DNA of 64,000 bases, from positions 1,184,001 through 1,248,000 of the forward strand of contig OZ244621.1 of NCBI GenBank assembly GCA_965218425.1, written 5' to 3'. Below the pieces are notes generated by a model. That model ran no database searches, was not told the origin of the DNA, and worked only from the letters and a program-made list of their open reading frames with translations. This stretch comes from an uncultured Candidatus Binatia bacterium. GTDB taxonomy: Bacteria > Desulfobacterota > Binatia > UBA9968 > CAXXLF01. Both the position numbers and the translations under genes were made by a program. Positions within the stretch are counted from its first letter, which is position 1; the number at the start of each line of letters is the position of its first letter. Below are positions 60,960 through 64,000 of the stretch, piece by piece.

Positions 60960-62126
60960 TTTGCCATCTGACCCTCACTGTATTGAAGCTCTTCGAACAA
61001 GGACAGCCCCATACCAAAAATGTCGCCCCCTCATCCTGCCCCGCCAGAGTATTGGATTAATCATCTTGCCAGCGTCGGTAAGCGAGACGTACTTCTGGAT
61101 CTTTACCTGCCCGGTCATTTCATCGATCTCTACTTTCACACCAACAATACTGGTTCCCCAAAAGGGTGTAGGGTATCCAATAGGCACCGCATCGTTGCGT
61201 GGAACTTTGAAAAACCCTTTCCCCATGATCTCGCCTTCCGCGTCACCATAGTAGGTGCGCATAACGTCCTTGAAGCTGAGAGTTTTGTCCCCGGCAACCA
61301 CTTGCCCATCCTCCAGACGAACCTTGGTCCCGTCAATACCAAGCACGGAAGCTGCGGCCGCAAGGAGCTGCCGACGTGCATTAGCTGCAGCCAACTGCAC
61401 CGCTTGCCCCATCACCGAGACAGCACTGGTCGCATTGGTACCCCTATCGAAAGGAGTGGATTGGGTATCGAGTTGCGTTACATAAACACTCTCAGGGGAT
61501 AGGGAGAGCCCATCCGCCACCGCCTGGAGAAGAGCAGTACGGATTCCCTGTCCGAACTCCACGGAGCCAAATGAAAGTAGAGTGCCACCATCCATGAGAA
61601 TCCTAACCGAACTATGAGCGGCTTTATTCGTTCCTCCGCCGTCAATGACACCGCATGCGATTCCTTTTCCCCTCTTGACTCCAGGCTGGATTTTCATTTG
61701 ATCATTTTCTCTCCAACCGATGAGCTCCGCCACCTGTCTCAAGCCGGCCTTTAGATCACAGTCGATGGGAGTATTTCCGGGAGAATATTCCTCCCCCTTA
61801 CCCAGGATATTCTGTAGCCTGAGATCCAAAGGATCCAATTTCAAACGATGGGCGACCATATCGAGATAAGACTCATAGGCATAGATTACCTGTGGCGCTC
61901 CAAAGCCCCGAAACGCACCACCCGGCACCGTGTTTGTGTAAACATAAGTATGCGTCTGTTTGTACGTGAGGAATCCCATAGGGCCCGTGGGCCTTATAAC
62001 CGGACTTCGCAACACCTTCCCGTAAAGCATGCCAGGGAGTTTAAGGTCCCCCGTGTACACGGCCGCGCCAGTAACTTTTTCTTGAGCGTCGATGCGACGG
62101 AAATTCTGACCGAGCAGTGGACTCAA
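60960..62126 (-). pseudogene. Internally deleted xanthine-dehydrogenase-family Mo subunit
   Basis: RIDAQEKVTG...GKVLRSP is joined directly to mid-protein ...YTNTVPGGAFRGFG; the 3' end is frameshifted. Confidence 0.85.
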
Positions 62127-62340
62127 GTTGAACTCCTCATTCTTTTCGCCGCACATTGAATCGATTCCATGATCATCCGATATCCAGCACAGCGGCAGAT
62201 ATTGGCATCCATGTATTCGCGGATTCCTACGACAGTAGGACGTGGGTTTTCATCCGGCAGAGCCTTGGCCAGAAGTATCATTCCCGGCGCGCAAAATCCG
62301 CATTGAAAACCACCACATTCGATAAAAGCATCTTGCAGTA
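62123..62340 (-). pseudogene. 3' half of a (2Fe-2S) CoxS-like gene
   Basis: Manual translation gives LQDAFIECGGFQCGFCAPGM...ANICRCAGY; the 5' half is absent. Confidence 0.85.
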
Positions 62341-62564
62341 GTCGATAAAAAAGTCGGAGATATTTAGGGCTCTCTCCCCACTGTCACTTATTGCGCGGAC
62401 AAAGACCTGTCTAGAATGCCTTTTAAAGTAAAGACAAAATCCATGTCAGGTGGGGCTTTAGTTGCAGGGGATGGGAGTAGGATTTGTTGTCGGACTTCGC
62501 TAGTCGAGTTGACATCATAGGTCATTAACCCAACACAATTGGAGCCTGTGCAGCGCTTTCGCTT

Positions 62565-62888
62565 TTAGCCCTGCTCGGACGACATCTGTTCGACGTCGGC
62601 AATGGTGGCACCGTCGAGACGAAAGGCTCGATGCGGGTCCCATTCCAAGACCTCCATTGTCCGAACGCCTCTTACATGATGGGGATCTTGGGCCGCGAGA
62701 GCTTTTGCCTCGCTCTTACTTGATGCGAGCATAATGTAGATTCCGTAAGCACGATCCGAAGTTGGACCGGAGAACAGAAGTCTTCCTGCGCGGTGCTGAT
62801 CGTCCAACCACTGGCGATGCTCTTCGTAATTCTGTTGCTTGCTTTCCTCTTTTTCCGGCAACGAGCGGGACAGTATAATATACCACAT
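62565..62888 (-). CDS. YciI family protein
   Basis: EHRQWL, GRLLFSGP, DP motif; SD AGGAG. Confidence 0.85.
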   Translation of the reverse strand: MWYIILSRSLPEKEESKQQNYEEHRQWLDDQHRAGRLLFSGPTSDRAYGIYIMLASSKSEAKALAAQDPHHVRGVRTMEVLEWDPHRAFRLDGATIADVEQMSSEQG

Positions 62889-63209
62889 AGCGATTTCTCC
62901 TTGACAATATTTAAGTAGCGTCTTCTCTACAAATTACAACGCCCCTTATCGCCAAGGCCGCACGGTGTCAAGGGACTTCTCAGGATACTATGAAAACGTC
63001 GTCCATTTGTAACATGGGTTGATCGGCAATCCTTGCGGGGTAGAAATGCGCCTTGTCCCCCTCGCCATGACATCAAACCATAGACTCCCACTCAACAGGC
63101 CATTCAGCCTTGGGGTCTATGGATGCAGCTTGATGAGAGAACACGGACGGATAGTGGACATCCTGGGAATAGGGGGTGTTTACTCGACGTGCAAGTGGCT
63201 GAAATTCAA

Positions 63210-63286
63210 TGGTGGTCGCAGCAGGACTCGAACCTGCGACCTCTTGCATGTGAGGCAAGCGCTCTAACCAGCTGAGCTATGCGACC
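63210..63286 (-). tRNA. tRNA-Val(CAC)
   Basis: GGTCGCATAGCTCAGCTGGTTAGAGCGCTTGCCT-CAC-ATGCAAGAGGTCGCAGGTTCGAGTCCTGCTGCGACCACCA: cloverleaf with encoded CCA. Confidence 0.97.
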
Positions 63287-63351
63287 ATCCGAGTTCTTCT
63301 TTTAGCACCTTCGCAGTGGGGCTTCAAGAAAGCCTGAACCCGGAGGGTATT

Positions 63352-64000
63352 CTACATCTTTTGGCCGCAGATCAAGGCGCAGCAAAAACGGCCCTTAACG
63401 TGAGTTTGGTCGTTGTTCTTCCAGTAGTGGAAATAGTTCTCTTCGAATCGCTGTTTCATCTCGGCGGGCTGTTTTTCCAATTCCTCCGCCACATCCAGCC
63501 AATGGCGTCCCGTGGGTATCCCATCCATACCGTCTTGATCGAACGAAAAGCTATGGACATCGCCTCGGGTCACGGTGAACTGTTCCCGCTCCAATAGCTT
63601 CTGGATCTCCTCAGCCGACTGAAAGTGAAATATGCCTCCATGAAAACGCCCAAATACCTGATTGATGAGATTGTTTAATGAACGATCCAATGAATCCTGA
63701 GCCTGCATCACCACAGGATCCAGGATGGTCAACATGCCGCCAGGTTTGAGGAGGCGCCGGGCCTCCCGTATCATGAGGGCCGGCTGCCCGAAGTGATGCA
63801 GGCTAAAAGCCACGAAGCCACGGTCGAAAATCTCGCTCCGAAAGGGCAAGGCTTCCGCATCACCGGCCGCTTGGTGATAGCATGTGAGGTATTCTCGCCG
63901 GGCCATGTCACGGGCCACGCTGAGCATGGCCATGGCCTGATCCAACCCGATGACTTTACCTGCTTTGAGGTGCTCGGAAACCGGTTTAGCAAAACGCCCG
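63352..64000 (-). CDS. Class I SAM-dependent methyltransferase (5'-truncated by window edge)
   Basis: Frame open to the window end (GRFAK...VIGLD), GDAEALPF, LHHF, LLKPGG. Confidence 0.88.
   Translation of the reverse strand, partial: GRFAKPVSEHLKAGKVIGLDQAMAMLSVARDMARREYLTCYHQAAGDAEALPFRSEIFDRGFVAFSLHHFGQPALMIREARRLLKPGGMLTILDPVVMQAQDSLDRSLNNLINQVFGRFHGGIFHFQSAEEIQKLLEREQFTVTRGDVHSFSFDQDGMDGIPTGRHWLDVAEELEKQPAEMKQRFEENYFHYWKNNDQTHVKGRFCCALICGQKM

Larger units (their letters stand above)
36390..63252. mobile_element. ~26.9 kb tRNA-Val-integrated catabolic genomic island, no integrase seen
   Basis: Bounded by the 45-bp direct repeat. Essentially all cargo is on the minus strand, with many pseudogenes. 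Confidence 0.85.

Overview
Bacterial window of moderately high GC. The many amidohydrolases, SDRs, DUF3891, Tct transporter and Mo-hydroxylases resemble uncultured Deltaproteobacteria/Binatota genomes (inference only). It has three zones. (1) About 0.4-23.4 kb is a defence/mobile island. It carries a standalone HsdR-N-type nuclease, a lipoprotein metalloprotease, a type II R-M operon with an RHH controller, a truncated long-pAgo-like gene and an HNH nuclease. Its centrepiece is a tightly coupled DNA-phosphorothioation operon with no dndB or dndFGH: dndA-dndC-[DUF262/DUF1524 SspE/GmrSD-like]-small gene-dndD-[DndE::FtsK fusion]-[ABC ATPase + TOPRIM, PARIS-like]. The cargo blocks are separated by mosaic repeats that appear to derive from a RAYT-like (Y1 HUH) transposase element with GGGGTCA...TGACCCC ends. 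Two ~300 bp copies directly flank the Dnd block, and one element seems to have had its transposase core replaced by phage-like DNA. (2) About 23.5-36.3 kb holds ordinary catabolic genes (SDRs, amidohydrolases, GST, Rieske oxygenase). (3) 36.39-63.25 kb is a ~27 kb island integrated at tRNA-Val(CAC), bounded by a 45 bp att duplication. It has no visible integrase and carries a decaying cluster of xanthine-oxidase-family Mo-hydroxylases, DUF3891, AOR, a Tct transporter and an IS630. All family assignments come from motif recognition by eye, not from database searches.
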